This document shows, piece by piece, positions 9,460 through 21,792 of a stretch of 64,000 bases of DNA. Location of the stretch: NCBI GenBank assembly GCA_002104905.1, contig MCFE01000035.1, forward strand, positions 1 through 64,000. Reading direction: 5' to 3'. Origin of the DNA: Basidiobolus meristosporus CBS 931.73. Its lineage: Eukaryota > Fungi > Basidiobolomycota. The stretch's first letter is position 1. Each line of letters opens with the position of its first letter. Position numbers and translations under genes: made by a program. A model generated the notes under the pieces. It saw only the letters and a program-made list of their open reading frames with translations. It did not search any database and was not told the origin of the DNA.

Positions 9460-10410
9460 TTAGTATTGGTTATGTTGGCGGCCAAAGCGGCGGTTGCTGG
9501 GATATTCCTGCTCATCTTCGTATTGGCGTCCTTGTCCACGGCCGTAGCGACGGCTGCGAGGATACTCCTCATCGTCCTCATATTCACGACCTAAACCACG
9601 TCCGTAACGGCGGTTGCGAGGATACTCCTCATCATTTTCATACTCGCGACCGTACCCACGACCATAGCGACGGTTGCGGGGATACTCCTCATCGTCCTCA
9701 TATTGGCGGCCTTGACCACGGCCGTAGCGACGGTTGCGGGGATACTCCTCATCATCTTCATATTGACGACCTTGACCGCGGCCGTAGCGACGATTGCGGG
9801 GATACTCCTCGTCATCTTCATATTGACGACCTTGACCACGGCCGTAGCGGCGGTTGCGGGGATATTCCTCATCATCCTCATATTGACGACCTTGACCACG
9901 ACCATAACGACGGTTGCGGGGGTATTCTTCCTCGTCTTCGTACTCGCGACCGAATCCACGACCATAACGACGGTTGTATGGATACTCCTCGTCATCTTCG
10001 TATTGGCGACCTTGACCACGGCCGTAGCGACGGTTGCGTGGATATTCTTCATCATATTCATATTGACGACCTAGGCCGCGACCGTAACGGCGGCTATGTG
10101 GGAACTCCTCGTCATCTTCGTACTCGCGACCAAATCCACGGCCATAGCGGCGGCTGTATGGGTAATCCTCATCATCTTCGTATTGACGGCTTTGACCACG
10201 GCCGTAGCGACGGCTGCGGGGGTACTGTCCCTGATCCTCATCATACTCACGGCCAAATTGGCGACCGTATCTGCTTCCGTAGCGGCCTTCGCTTAATCTG
10301 TTGCCTTGATCAGTGTTAGGGTTGGAGTAACGGCTTCTGGGGTAGTTTCTTTGAGAGTCTCTTTCGTACTCATCATGCTCGTATTGGCGGCTAGGACGAG
10401 AGTAAGACAT
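9460..10410 (-). CDS. Low-complexity protein with 12 tandem 20-aa repeats (RRYGRGQGRQYEDDEEYPRN)
   Basis: 316-aa intronless ORF with ATG and an upstream TATATAA (10474-10480). Repeat-unit substitutions keep the frame open and the amino-acid pattern intact. Confidence 0.75.
   Translation of the reverse strand: MSYSRPSRQYEHDEYERDSQRNYPRSRYSNPNTDQGNRLSEGRYGSRYGRQFGREYDEDQGQYPRSRRYGRGQSRQYEDDEDYPYSRRYGRGFGREYEDDEEFPHSRRYGRGLGRQYEYDEEYPRNRRYGRGQGRQYEDDEEYPYNRRYGRGFGREYEDEEEYPRNRRYGRGQGRQYEDDEEYPRNRRYGRGQGRQYEDDEEYPRNRRYGRGQGRQYEDDEEYPRNRRYGRGQGRQYEDDEEYPRNRRYGRGYGREYENDEEYPRNRRYGRGLGREYEDDEEYPRSRRYGRGQGRQYEDEQEYPSNRRFGRQHNQY
9493..10212 (-). repeat. 60-bp coding tandem repeat, 12 full units plus partial flanking units
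   Basis: Period-60 recurrence of GGATACTCCTC(A/G)TC(A/G)TC(C/T)TCATATT..CGACCTTGACCACGGCCGTAGCGACGGTTGCG on the + strand. Confidence 0.95.
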
Positions 10411-10957
10411 GATCAGTGGTTGTTAATTAGCGAAGAAGCTTTGCTGTAAAACAGTTGAAGACTTCCAACGCTCTTATATACTTTTGCCCAAAACACCGCC
10501 GGAAGACCAGAGTCTAAGCCACCCAGGCGAGCAGTGGTCAGAAAGCATAGCATGCTCGTTTCGTAATACCTGGAGTTACTAACGCTATCAAGACCAACGA
10601 CTAAGCCACCAGTGGCTTGCATATTGATTTCTCACATATTGTAGCGTAGATGGTATGCTTAAAGTTACGCTGGAACGTAATCCATGATAAGATAGTTCGA
10701 AACAATGGTCTATTTCTCACCAATGAAGCTGAAGAGATGAATAGCACGGAAACCATAGAATATACATCAGAATAAATCCACCCCATGGGATAGCCCCGCA
10801 GTGTCAGCATTGGGATTTATGTTAAACCAGGAATGGTGGGTTTGAGCATGAGATGCAGTTGGGTGATTTCCTGAATTATTCTTTAATGGAGTAAAAACAT
10901 CCTGAAGTTGGGTCATTTTAGGGGAGCTGCGTAAATATTCCCGGGCAACCGTTCGCT

Positions 10958-13529
10958 TTAGCTACGCCCCCAGAGAGAGCCGAAGAACCCGCTAATGCGA
11001 CTGGCAGCATCTTGGGATTTGCCGGCACGCTCGTCCAGTGTGGTGGGATATTCTATTTTGTTGAATGCAATGTCAAAGAACAGCGGTTTGCATGGGACTG
11101 GTTGGAGCTTGGGTGGCAAATCGATCAGGTAAGGCAAGCCCTCGGAGTTCTTCGGCATCACCTCGGGGTATGCATCAAGACTATCTATCAAAGGAGCAAT
11201 ACTCTAGGAAAAGGCGTCGACAGTGTTAATCAAGCACAAAAGCACCTGGTGAGTCTTCTTATCCCTACCTGATCCTCATTCTTGGCATCTTCGATGTTCA
11301 TGCTGGACATTTGGCCCGTGATCCCGGCCTCTTCATTGGCTTGTTGAAGGTACCATGCTGCATGGACCTTGGATTTCTGGCGACGGACCAAGGCCTCCAG
11401 TTCGCTGATCTGTGATTCGGGAATGATCAATTCGGCATCCAGGACCACATCACCAGGGACCCCTTGGCGTTGAGATTTGTATTGAGTGAGGCGCGAGTTC
11501 ACTCTTTCGAGCAATGCGTATGCCTCGGTCCACTTATTGATGTCGACATAGGTGATCGCCACATTATAGCATCTATATTATTCCATTCAGAACAAGTCAG
11601 ATATGGCCAATGAGATCGGGTCCGAAGTGAAGCAGCCTATAGCTTACCTGGCACCACGATAATACAAGGTGGCTGCTTCGATGATATTGCCAAGTGCTGG
11701 CTCATCCTGCGAGATCAGGAAGTCCTTCAGTTCATCCAGGACCTGAGGAGACTGGTGAGCGACGAATGTGACGTGCGTCTTGGGCCGAGCTAGAACTTAC
11801 CTGAAGAATGTTGTCGTGGAGTTTCACCAGATCCTGATATCTTGGTGGCTTGGCAAGCTGCACGGGGGCAATCCCCCCCTCAATGCGTGCTTTGATGGAT
11901 CTGACCAAGAAAAGGTTTCTTTTGAGGGTTTGCAGATGGCGGTGGTACACGATGTATTTGAAGATGCTCCTGAGGTTGGATGTGTTTTCCTCGGATTTGG
12001 AGGACTTGACTTTGGCGGTGGCGGCCTAAAGAATAGGAGTGTCAGCAGGAGGGCTCAGACCATCGAAGCAATCGTTTCACGTACAGCGTCGTCTTTGATG
12101 ATCTTCTGGCAAAGTTTCTCCGTATCTTTGTAGAGTGCAAGGGTTTTGTCGAATGACTCGAGGACCATCTCGTCATTGTTCGAGTCCAAATCCAGGTCGC
12201 TGTCTTGGATCTTCAAGATTGCTACCGCCAGATCCGCATTCTTGATGGGGATGGTGTTGTTTCTCCACTCGATGGAAGACAAGGCCTCCACCTGCTTCCG
12301 ACGGGTTTCCGTGTGCGCAGACTGCACGGTCATGGTGTTAATCAGTGGGTTCTTAGTGACATTCCAACGAAGCCTACCTCGATCTGAGCAGCAAGCTGAT
12401 CCAAATGGCTGGTTTCCTTGCCACTTTTCTGCAGGACGGACTCGACGAGAGCATCCAGGTTCGAGTTGCCGTCTCCTAGACGTAGATTGTATGCGCAGTA
12501 CCGGATGCTGGGATCGTTCTCATCGATGGCAGCATGGCAAAGAGCCTCTTGATGAGGGTTTCCAGTGTTGGCAAGCTTGCCGTAGATGATTCTGGAATAA
12601 ATTCAGCATTGAGCATCCAAAGTAAAGGCCAGCCGTCTCCACCAAACAAGATGTAATTTACCTAGCCGCCGCGTATTTCTCCAGTGCCAGTTGCCAGGAT
12701 TGCTGTTCGAAATTCAAGTGACCGCACATTGCGCTGTAGTAAGCCTAGAACAGACCCCTTATTAGAAATCCATCCACAGACAGCGCCTCGCCACCGTTCA
12801 TCCTTACCTGTGCTTCGAGACTTGTCTTAGGATCGACTTTTCCAACGTCCGGGGAGCATATGTCATTCAACAATTTCGCATTCTGCACAGCTCTACGAAG
12901 GCGTCTGATCAGATGGTTGTGTTTGCGTGGCTCCTCGTAACCCCCAGCCTCAGCCTTCAACTCCATAGCATAGCTCCAAGCACGCTCACAATCGAACAGA
13001 ATGATGTGAAGGAAACTAAAGTGGGGGGACAGCGACATTAGTGTCGGCTTCAAGTAACATCGTAGACAAGAGGTGAGCATCTACCGAGAATCGTTCACGA
13101 CGTCGGGGGTGATGGTCTTCTTTTGAAAGGCTCTTCCCTTCCCGTGGGAGAATTCAACCGACTTACGCAGGCGATGGATCTTCCCCGCACAGAATTGCCT
13201 GTTGACGGGGTGAAGGGGAGGAAAATCAGCATCGACGGTGGTTTTGAACTAAAGTTTCGGACAAGACACAACCAACCGATATCTTTGATAATCTTGGTGA
13301 CGAAGTCCATAGGTGTTACGTGCATCGTTGCAGATATTCAAAACTAAAGAAAAACGATCGAATCAAGGAAGAAACCGTGTTGCTACGGGTATTGAGTCGA
13401 TTTGTCCAAGATCAAGGCTCTATTGCCTCGAACCAGTAACGTTCATACAAAAAGGATACTTTCCAGGGAGAGAGGGACTTCCTTCTCAACGGTCTTAACT
13501 TGCTCATCAGTCTCCATGTGGTCGGCCAT
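10958..13529 (-). CDS. SRP68: Signal recognition particle subunit SRP68 (multi-exon)
   Basis: Spliced N-terminus MADHMETD...ILNICNDARNTYGLRHQDYQRYRQFC...IHRLRK; ERAWSYAMELK; RKHNHLIRRLRRA; C-terminal PVPCKPLFFDIA motif. Confidence 0.92.
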
Positions 13530-13893
13530 ATTGGAATAGACTTTACTCCAAAACAATGGTGCTGTGGGAGAGTACAGAGAATCGGCCGAAATCGAAATTT
13601 CTGATTTTTGGCCACCACTCACCTGAGCCAAATTTCTTTGTTCTGAATGAATCAATGCAACTCCGGCATGATTTCATATAGGATACACGGATTTTTATTC
13701 TTATTCCTGAATACTCAATCTCAACCAGGCTGGTTGTGACCCTGAACAGGATGAGGTGTAACTTTTGACTGGAAGGAATCGGTAAAATCCGAGCCATTCT
13801 AATGAACAGTTGAACCCGTTGGTCAATAGTGGTACTTGTGACAGGGATGTGTTAAAGGGAGGGATGAGTGATAAGGTCAAATCGTTTTTAAAG

Positions 13894-14950
13894 GTTAGTT
13901 CGATGCATGGCTCAGGGGTTTCTGATCATCAAGAGATGTTTCATTTAGTAGACCACGCTCGTGCTCACTCTGAACGTCATGCAGATCGCTTTCCAGGACA
14001 TAGATGACGGTCTCGTATTTATCCTACGAGCTGGCGTACTTTCGGATGGACAATTTCCCAACCAACTTGCTCTTGCCACGTCCTTTTTCCAGAACAAACC
14101 AGCTCTCGGATTTGCTCAACAGCTGCAATATATATTTCAGTTGATGAGCCTCATCCCTGGAAATACTCGCCAGCGAAAGCACTTCCTGAATTATTTCGCT
14201 TAACGAAGCGTCGGCCAAGAGCTCCATGGATTTGCTGTAGATGAGCGTAGGGAGGGCTTGCTTGGCAATCTGGTCCGCTTGACCGCCCGCTCCTGGGGGA
14301 TTCATTCAGTTTGTTGGTTCGACCGTACAAGTGGTTTGGGCCCAGTATACTCACCTTGATCAGCTTCAAAATGGCTGGGTCACAGATCACCCTAGAGTTG
14401 TTGGAGAGCTGCTCATTGAAGCAATTCATGTAAGCCACTAGTATTGGACATAAGCATCAGGCCAACTACCAGCTCCGATAACGAGCCAGCTGCCGTGTTG
14501 AATTTCCCCATCTCGATCAAGCCATCAAAGTCCCGCAACTGTCTATGAACCTAACATTGTCGACGGATTACCAACACACGAACTCAAAGAGCGCCAAATC
14601 GACCTGGATCCGCCCACCTTGGCTAGCAAGCGAAGTGCATCCACCAGGCTGCCAAATTTCTCGATTTGTTTCTTCATCATTTTCGCTCGTTTGGAGTCCT
14701 CGTCCTGAGTAGGCCCAGAGTTTTCTTAGCTAGGAGAAGGCGCGCAAAGGAGAGGCCGCAAAGACTGGCACCAGTTCCGAGGACATCCTAGAGTTCAACT
14801 GCGACAATTCGTCTCCCAACTTCAAAACCCCATCTTGCAAGTCCATGCAATATCCGTAAATACTGATAAATTTTTGGTGATGACTGGATAGGACGTAAGT
14901 CGGCACAGATAAGGTGCGAAAACTCCACGTAGTCGGTGCCTGTTGATCCT
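13894..14950 (-). pseudogene. ZW10: ZW10/Dsl1-like relic, internally deleted, with premature stop
   Basis: LPTLIYSKSMELLADASLSEIIQEVLSLASISRDEAHQL and (W>stop)DKYETVIYVLESDLHDV resemble the ZW10 C-terminal domain as I recall it. N-terminal-like segments (DFDGLIEMGKFNTAAGSL) lie only ~0.2 kb upstream. In-frame TAG at 14024-14026. Confidence 0.6.
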
Positions 14951-15436
14951 TTCGTAGACGTTGGCCTAAACGGGAGTGCAGTTGGAACAAACAGCCGCCA
15001 GGCACCTTGTCAGAGAGCTCACTTTGGTCCCCTCGAGTTTGGTGGCGAACTTGGAGAGTGAATCGTTGGGGCCGGGCAACTCCCCTTCGGCAGAATGATT
15101 TGTCGGTGCCAAACTAGACACCAGTGACGGCCGCTGGCTTTTGGGGGAAGAATGAATAATGCTGGCCGAGTCGGTGGGAACTTTTCAAGGCCTGGCTTGC
15201 AGGTAGATCACCCACCGAAATGGGCACCTAATCGAATCCAGTACACAAAACAGTCTGCTGGTAAACAAAACTTCCCTGGGCCGATACGAGGGATTGGAAG
15301 GCATGGATGTGCTTGAAATCGAACTTTTATATTATTAATAATAAAACCGGTTATTGGGATACTCGAGAGGAATGGAGGGGTGAGCAGGAAAGGGAAGGAA
15401 ATGAGATGGCCAGGTGGGGTGGGATTATGGCTGAGC

Positions 15437-16740
15437 TTAGAAGATCGGAATGTAGCTGTTGATTCTTTCTTTCTGCTGTTGCTGGATGCACTCGGCAATC
15501 CAGACAATGTTACGGATCTCCTGCTCCTTCAATCTCAACCAGCTGTAGAAAATCCCGAAGTGGAATTGCTGGTAGAAGGAGAGTTTGTTCAGGTGGACCT
15601 CGTACTCGAAGAACTTGTCTTCCAGCGTCTTGGATTGTCCTTGGAGAGAGTTGTCGAAGAATGGTCGGTATTCCGAGAAAACATCACAGGCAACCTTGAC
15701 GTTCTCGATATCATCGGCGCGAGCAAGTTTGGAACAACCGTCAGGGTAGAGACGACCAATGGTGGGGAACAAGCTGGCACGATCGCTCTTGGAGAGCTCA
15801 GTGCCGAAGGAGTTGATGGTGATGTTGATACAGCGACGATCAGCCTCAAACTGAAGAATGGATTAGACATCTCCTCGGAAGGGAACCTATGGACGACTCA
15901 CCTGAAGGATATCACTCATGACCTCGGCGGTGGTGGGCCCGAGAGTAAGGCAGTAGTGGAAGAAGTCCTCTAGGTAGGCTTTGTAAAGGGTGTTTCTAAT
16001 GATTTCGATGTTCATCTCGTTTAAATCGTTGGCAGAAAGGCATTCCCTGAAGTAGGGAGCTAGCAAATAGACCCATGTTAGCAGGGATTCGTAAACGATT
16101 GAATCAGCCGAACCAACCCAACGGAGTATCGACAATGACGGTGTTGTACAGCTCAGACACGTTGGTGGCGACACAGAGTGCAGGCATGGAATCGAACACG
16201 CCCAGAGGATGGCATCTGTCGAGCAACTCGTGTGTGTCACGCTCGTGAAGGGTGCCGGTGATCAACAAGATGACATTATCGATCATATAAGCGTAGCTAG
16301 GAAGAAGCGGGTAAATCCTGGGTGCTGGGATAGCCTGCAGCCGGAAACACTTACGTCATGTAATCAAGGAATTTCGCGAGGGGTGCGGCGGCTTGGGTGC
16401 GAACATACTCGAACTCCTCGACAAACTTCTCGGTGCACTTTTCGGAAATGACCGAGGTAGCGAGAGGCGAAGGCTCGTTTTGGAGGAAGTTGCCGTAGTC
16501 GGTGGAGGCGAGCTGGAGCTTGAAATCTGTGGGAGGGAAGAAAAGACGCCGGGCAACGGGGTCAGTGGACGCTCTACGTTCAAGAGAAAGGATCGAAACG
16601 GGCTAACCTTCCAAGTTTTCGCACTGGCTCAAGTTGAGGTACTGGGTGCTGTTGAGGATACCGCCACGGTAGCCACGGACAATACCCTCCAGGTAGCCAT
16701 CCTCGACGTTGAAATAGGAGCTCTCGAGGGCAGTTTGCAT
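15437..16740 (-). CDS. VMA6: V-type ATPase V0 subunit d (multi-exon)
   Basis: [63 protein letters not shown] and [15 protein letters not shown]. Confidence 0.95.
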
Positions 16741-17873
16741 GTTGGAGGAAGAGACGGAAAGAAACGAAGGATGCTCGGGAGGCGAAAGGACAGAAATAGA
16801 GAAAACTTACTGGTGAACCGAATAGGGCTGAAGTGGTAACACTAGAGAAATATATTCCACCAGGTGAGAGCGGAATGATTTAGAGAATTCTGCAGTCGAA
16901 GCATCATTGGGGAATTCATTTAGTGGAACACATTGAAAATGGCGCAACACACATAACCACCCACTCCGGGCACTGAACTTTATTTGCCATGAATGTATCG
17001 AATCTATTCAGCCCCAATATATAATATAAGCCAATTAAGAAGGGACGTCACCATGGTTCCCGGAAAATGCAGTATTAAATCCACTTGCGGTAGTAATCCT
17101 TGCATCACCGACTCTCTCCAGGGTTTGATGAGAGTCATTGGACTATATGGTTGGGTTAATACCGTCCTCATTAGAGCATATTTCAGCAATTTATACTTGT
17201 TGGTTGCAACGCCACGAGTGTCTGGGAGGTCCAATCGATTTACACCGCGAGCCTGGGCACTCCAAGCTGGAGAAACATGCTCCGGAGGAGATGGTTGTTT
17301 CTATGCAAAGCCTTTAATGCAAATAAGGTTGGGTCTGCGTAACGAGAAACACGCTTCCCCTGGGCGGCTTCGGCCACGAGCAGTAGTTCCCTGGACGATG
17401 ATGGATCTCCAAGTCGCCCACCCCTGCTTAATCCCCGACCGGTCCCCTGGCGAAGGGCTGAGCTGGAGATGAGATCCTGACTAAATGGCCGAAGGCAATA
17501 AACAACAACTGATGGATATTACGTGGAAGATACTAATGTGCGAGGATTAGCTGAGATCACTGGATCGGATGCGGTGTGGTTGATTTCTCCGCACCCGTGA
17601 ACCCCGATTTTTCTTATTCATTTCGTAGCTCGTGAGGGCCTTCAGTTCGTTTTTCTGTTTCGCGTTTCTCGTGTAGGAAGTTTAAGAGTTTCCTGGGGGT
17701 ATTTTCGTTTTACCGGCCTTGGGATTCCGCTCGGCCGCATTTTTCTTGGCTCTTGACGCGGTGTACTGACGTTGTGCAGTTTTGTTAGATATAGGTACTT
17801 CGATAGTTCGCCCGATCGTCAGCTACAGCTCTCTTTCCGACCCAAATAACTAATCCAGCACAGTTCTTTAAGT

Positions 17874-18631
17874 ATGTCCAGTGGTGATGAACGTCAAGAT
17901 GAAGACCAGATGAGGGTCGACGAAGAGCAAGTGGCTGCCAACGAGGAAAAGGAGGAGGAGGAAGAGGAGGAGGTCTATGTCGTGGAGAAAGTGGTGAACC
18001 ATCGAAAACGCGGGGTAAGCTGCATGTGTTGCTACTCGGCACCGCGACCACTTGAGATAATTGTCTAAACGTGCCCACCTCTCCCCAGAACAAAACCCAA
18101 TATTTCCTCAAATGGAAGGGGTACCCAGAGGAAGACAACACCTGGGAAGACGAAGATAATCTCTTCTGCCACGAGCTGATTGAGGAGTATTTGAAGAGCA
18201 AAGAGATCCCCCAAAACACGCCCGGATCCAAAAACACACGCAAACCAGCCAAAAGAGCCAAGTCAGACAGCTCTGACGAGGACGTGGCGTCACCAACCAA
18301 AAAGCCCGTCAACGGCGGAGATCCGGAGAGTTGGGAAGACCAAGTAAAGGAGGTGGAGACGGTTGAACGTGACGAGTCGGACCAACTGAAAATCTATCTT
18401 ATTTGGTAAGAGCATCTCGACCATGGCGGCAGTCCACCATCTAATCACATTTCGATCCAGGAAAAATGGTAAGCGAACAGTTCACAACGCCGAGGATGCC
18501 AACAGGAGATGTCCACAAAAGGTAAGTATCAAGTTACGAGTCATGGGCCTTCCAACGCTCACGCCCAACCCCCATTCCGCTAGGTGATCAAATTCTACGA
18601 GTCCCACCTGAAATTCAAGGTGATCTCCTGA
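17874..18631 (+). CDS. HP1: HP1/Swi6-like chromodomain plus chromo-shadow protein
   Basis: Exons 17874-18014, 18089-18405, 18461-18521 and 18584-18631 with GTAAG..AG introns. Chromodomain [13 protein letters not shown]...[16 protein letters not shown]; shadow domain IYLIW...[13 protein letters not shown]. Confidence 0.92.
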
Positions 18632-19411
18632 AGCAGCGGGCCCGGTACAAATAGCGATGTTGCCAAATTTTTAAGCCAGTTTAGCTCCACTCTTGCTTTA
18701 GCTCATAAATAAAATGGATCATTCGACATGGAAGCCGATTTCTCAATTCGCCGGCTGCGAAAAGGGATGCGGCCTGAAACCGTGCTACGGCTCGAGTGTT
18801 GCCAAAAAATGCAATGCTGGGGTGGGTGGGTGGCGAATGTATTGCCAAGAAATCCATTCAGACCTATTTTTAACCTCCTGACGACCTCACTCCATGGAAG
18901 CAGGCGGAGAAACCCACATCATCATATAAACGGAGATTGCCAACAACAAACAAACTTCCGCATCACCCACGCCGGCCATTTCCATATTCATAGGCCTGTG
19001 GTGCCTGTCCCAGGCTCAAACCGAGTGATTTCGTAATATCGGCGCACATTTGCGATGTTCACATCGGTCGGATTTCCCCTCCCGGCTTCGATGCACAAAT
19101 CTGCCTTCACCCATCGAAGAAATCTTCCCACCCCGCCACATCGAGCATTATGGCCAAATTCCCATCTTTGATTTGGAGACGCACCGCTTGAGGCTACTCC
19201 CGCCAATTGCTCGGCGGTGTATTTATTAAGGTATATAAACGCTCTTTCAAGCAGCCCTCTGGCTCCCAGGATTGCTTTGGTTATACTACGTCTGCACTTG
19301 CTTGATTTGGACGGGATTCTGTAGTCCAGATTGATCCGGAAATAGCAATGGTGACCTAAAAAAGCGATGCCTTTTTGGGAATCGTCATCGACAATAGCCA
19401 CTTTACTGCTG

Positions 19412-19418
19412 TATATAA
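19412..19418 (+). promoter_or_regulatory. Putative TATA box of the arrestin gene
   Basis: TATATAA about 50 nt upstream of the ATG at 19470. Confidence 0.45.
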
Positions 19419-19469
19419 GCTAGCGCGTGGCGGTCACCGACCACCTCTAATATTCATAAACCACCAGTG

Positions 19470-20610
19470 ATGAGTTCTTCATGCGTTGAGATTCGCTTGC
19501 CAGAGAATCACTTGATACTGAACGGGGCGCGTTCCGAATCTGCCGGCTGCGTGTTGAGAGGCTCCTTGGTTCTCAACTTTCCCGGGAGTCGCAGGGTCAA
19601 AAAGATCTGGCTGAATTTCTCCGGCCAGGCCCAGTTGTCTTGGAATGAAGGTAAACCCCGCTCTCTTCTTCCGCCTGCCCCTCGAGCCCCCACTCACCCA
19701 TGATCCCTCCCTTTTCCCAGGACAATACGTGCATCGCGCACACAACGTCAAACGCATCATCGTGGACCACACCTGGACCTTCCTCGATGTCGGGAAGAAG
19801 TCCAGGACTCTCGCCAGCGGCCAGCACGTCTTCGACTTCGAGCTCCCCCTAAGCGGGGACATCCCAGAAACCGTGAGAACGGAGCATGGCGCTATTGAGT
19901 ACCTACTTACCGCACACGTGGAACGCCCCCGGTTCCGCACGAATTACTATTCCACGAGGAGCGTCTTCATCAAGCGACAGGTCTCCTCGATGGCCACCGA
20001 GTTGATGCAGTCGGTGGTGATCTCGGACCTGTGGGAGGACAAGCTTGCTTACGAATTCAGTGTTCCTTATCGAGCCTTTGGCGAGGGGGAGTCCATCACG
20101 GTCGGATTTAGACTTCACCCGTTGGTGGAAGGGCTGCAGGTGGAGCGGGTTAGCTGCTCCCTGAAAGAGTATGTTCGATACGAATCGAACGGCACGAACT
20201 CCCACCGGGTCCATTCGCATCAGATCTGCTTCGACGAGGACTTCCGGCCCCGCCGCATCACCGAGCTGGTCGAGAAGCAGACCACCTTGGTGGTGCCCAA
20301 GGCTTTGGAGATGATCCAGTACGACTGCGAGACGGATTTGATTCAGATCAAGCATAAGCTCAAGGCACAGATCGAGGTGGTGGAGCCCAATGGCACCCTC
20401 ACCAAGATCCTGGCCGCCATCCCCATTCTGATCATCCCTGGGTCCCTGGAGGAGGCGCTTGATTGTTTACCCAAGTATGAGCTGGGCATCCCCCTGCCCA
20501 GCTACGAGAGCGTTGTTCCGCGCCTCCGCCTTCAGCTACCCTCGGTGCTGCCGCCAGCCTACGAGCCATCCCACGTACCCGCCATCCCCCGATCCATTAC
20601 CTCCTACTAG
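19470..20610 (+). CDS. Alpha-arrestin (ART/Rod1-like) with C-terminal PY motifs
   Basis: Exons 19470-19650 and 19721-20610. Arrestin_N/C-like GQHVFDFELPLSGDIPETV..GAIEY and IQIKHKLK; LPKY, LPSY and PPAY motifs. Confidence 0.88.
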
Positions 20611-21007
20611 CATTTCACAACCCACCGCCGGTCGATCCATCCCTGACCTCACCGACCACTTGTAAATTTGGGATTTCCAAATCCATGTATAAATCACCCA
20701 CCTCGAATAAAGTTCATTTTTGATCCATCGATTGGCGTTCTCGTACACTCCCCCCAGTTGGCGCAAAGATCCGGAGATTGCCCGAGCATCCCGAGGCCCC
20801 ATTCCCCCGCCTTCCGCACCGACCGATTGCCCCCGGTCGACAGGGGTGCTGTGTGCAGAGACGAAACCAGCTGCGCAAACACACCCACCGAAAAGTGCAC
20901 CGTGCTGGTGAGCCGCAGGATTTACTAATAAAACATTCTAATCATAACATCAAGGCTAGTATACATGAATGGACTCCTCTATAATACACTGCACAGGCCG
21001 CGAAACC

Positions 21008-21792
21008 TCAACGGAACTCGAAAGACGAGCAGGATTGGCGCGGGATGTGTTGGAGATGCAGCTGCTGGAACCATTCGGCGTTCTTGTGATAGTAGTATCC
21101 GGTGATGGTGCCGGTGGAGAGCTGGAAGCAGATGTAATAGAAGCCCTCGAAGCTGGCCCCGTTGACCGTGTGGACGCGGTGGTCGGGGATCAGGAATTGC
21201 TCCTTCCACCGCATGAAGATGAAGTCGGTGTTCTTGATGCTGTAATTGAAGTGATCCTGGTTGAACCGCTTGGAATATTCCTTGAACGCTGGGAATTTGA
21301 GCTACATGGGGAACTCGGTTAGTCGAAGCGCCGATCGGCTGGCCGCGAGGTAGGCACCTACCCAGTGTTGTTTGTCGATCATCTCGTCCACCTCCCATTT
21401 GCGAGTGAGAAAGGAGTATTTGGGGCCGATGATTTCGGCATCGAAGAAGGTGGTCAGCTCGGGGTAGTCGTCGGTCAATCCATGGATGTGCAGATATCCA
21501 CATAGGTAGGAATCATCGAGATTGACATGCTGATTGGGGGAGGTTAGTTGACGGGATGGCTTGGAGCTAGATTGGCCGGACTAACCTGGATATCTACACT
21601 AACTTGGTAGCTGTATCTCCCACTCTTCTGCTCCCCTTTAAATTGACTTCCCGAATAGAGAGAGCAGGTCGAGGTTGGGGTAAGCCGCATTAGGTCGAGT
21701 TGCACCGGCTTGTCATGTCTCTCCTTGGGCTCCTCGTGATTCGGATTACTCTTTCGAGCCGAGTTGTTGGAAGGGGTCGATGTGACGGGCAT
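21008..21792 (-). CDS. GID4: GID/CTLH complex substrate receptor Gid4/Vid24
   Basis: Exons 21792-21586, 21529-21362 and 21301-21008. [26 protein letters not shown]...[19 protein letters not shown] and [11 protein letters not shown]. Confidence 0.92.

Noticed and set aside
9493-10212. CRISPR-like array
   Set aside because: Contiguous 60-bp coding repeats with no unique spacers, a eukaryotic context and no cas genes.
9400-10296. Plus-strand hydrophobic repeat ORFs (AALTTAVATVAGILLIIFILTT) that look like a multi-TM protein
   Set aside because: They are the antisense shadow of the R/Y/D/E repeat gene, broken by stops (TAA at ~9592, TAG at ~10072). The minus-strand frame is continuous and has ATG and TATA.
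9460-10410. Kex2-processed repeat (KEP) peptide precursor, suggested by the RR pairs in every unit
   Set aside because: No N-terminal signal peptide, so it would not enter the secretory pathway.
15380-16839. Long plus-strand ORFs 15380-15973 and 16393-16839
   Set aside because: Antisense to VMA6 exons, a by-product of codon bias.
16993-17472. ORFs between VMA6 and HP1 (159 aa on +, 76 aa on -)
   Set aside because: No recognisable motif and non-ATG or weak starts; likely divergent promoter/intergenic sequence.
18988-19401. 137-aa minus-strand ORF upstream of the arrestin
   Set aside because: GTG start, overlaps the arrestin promoter region, no recognisable domain.
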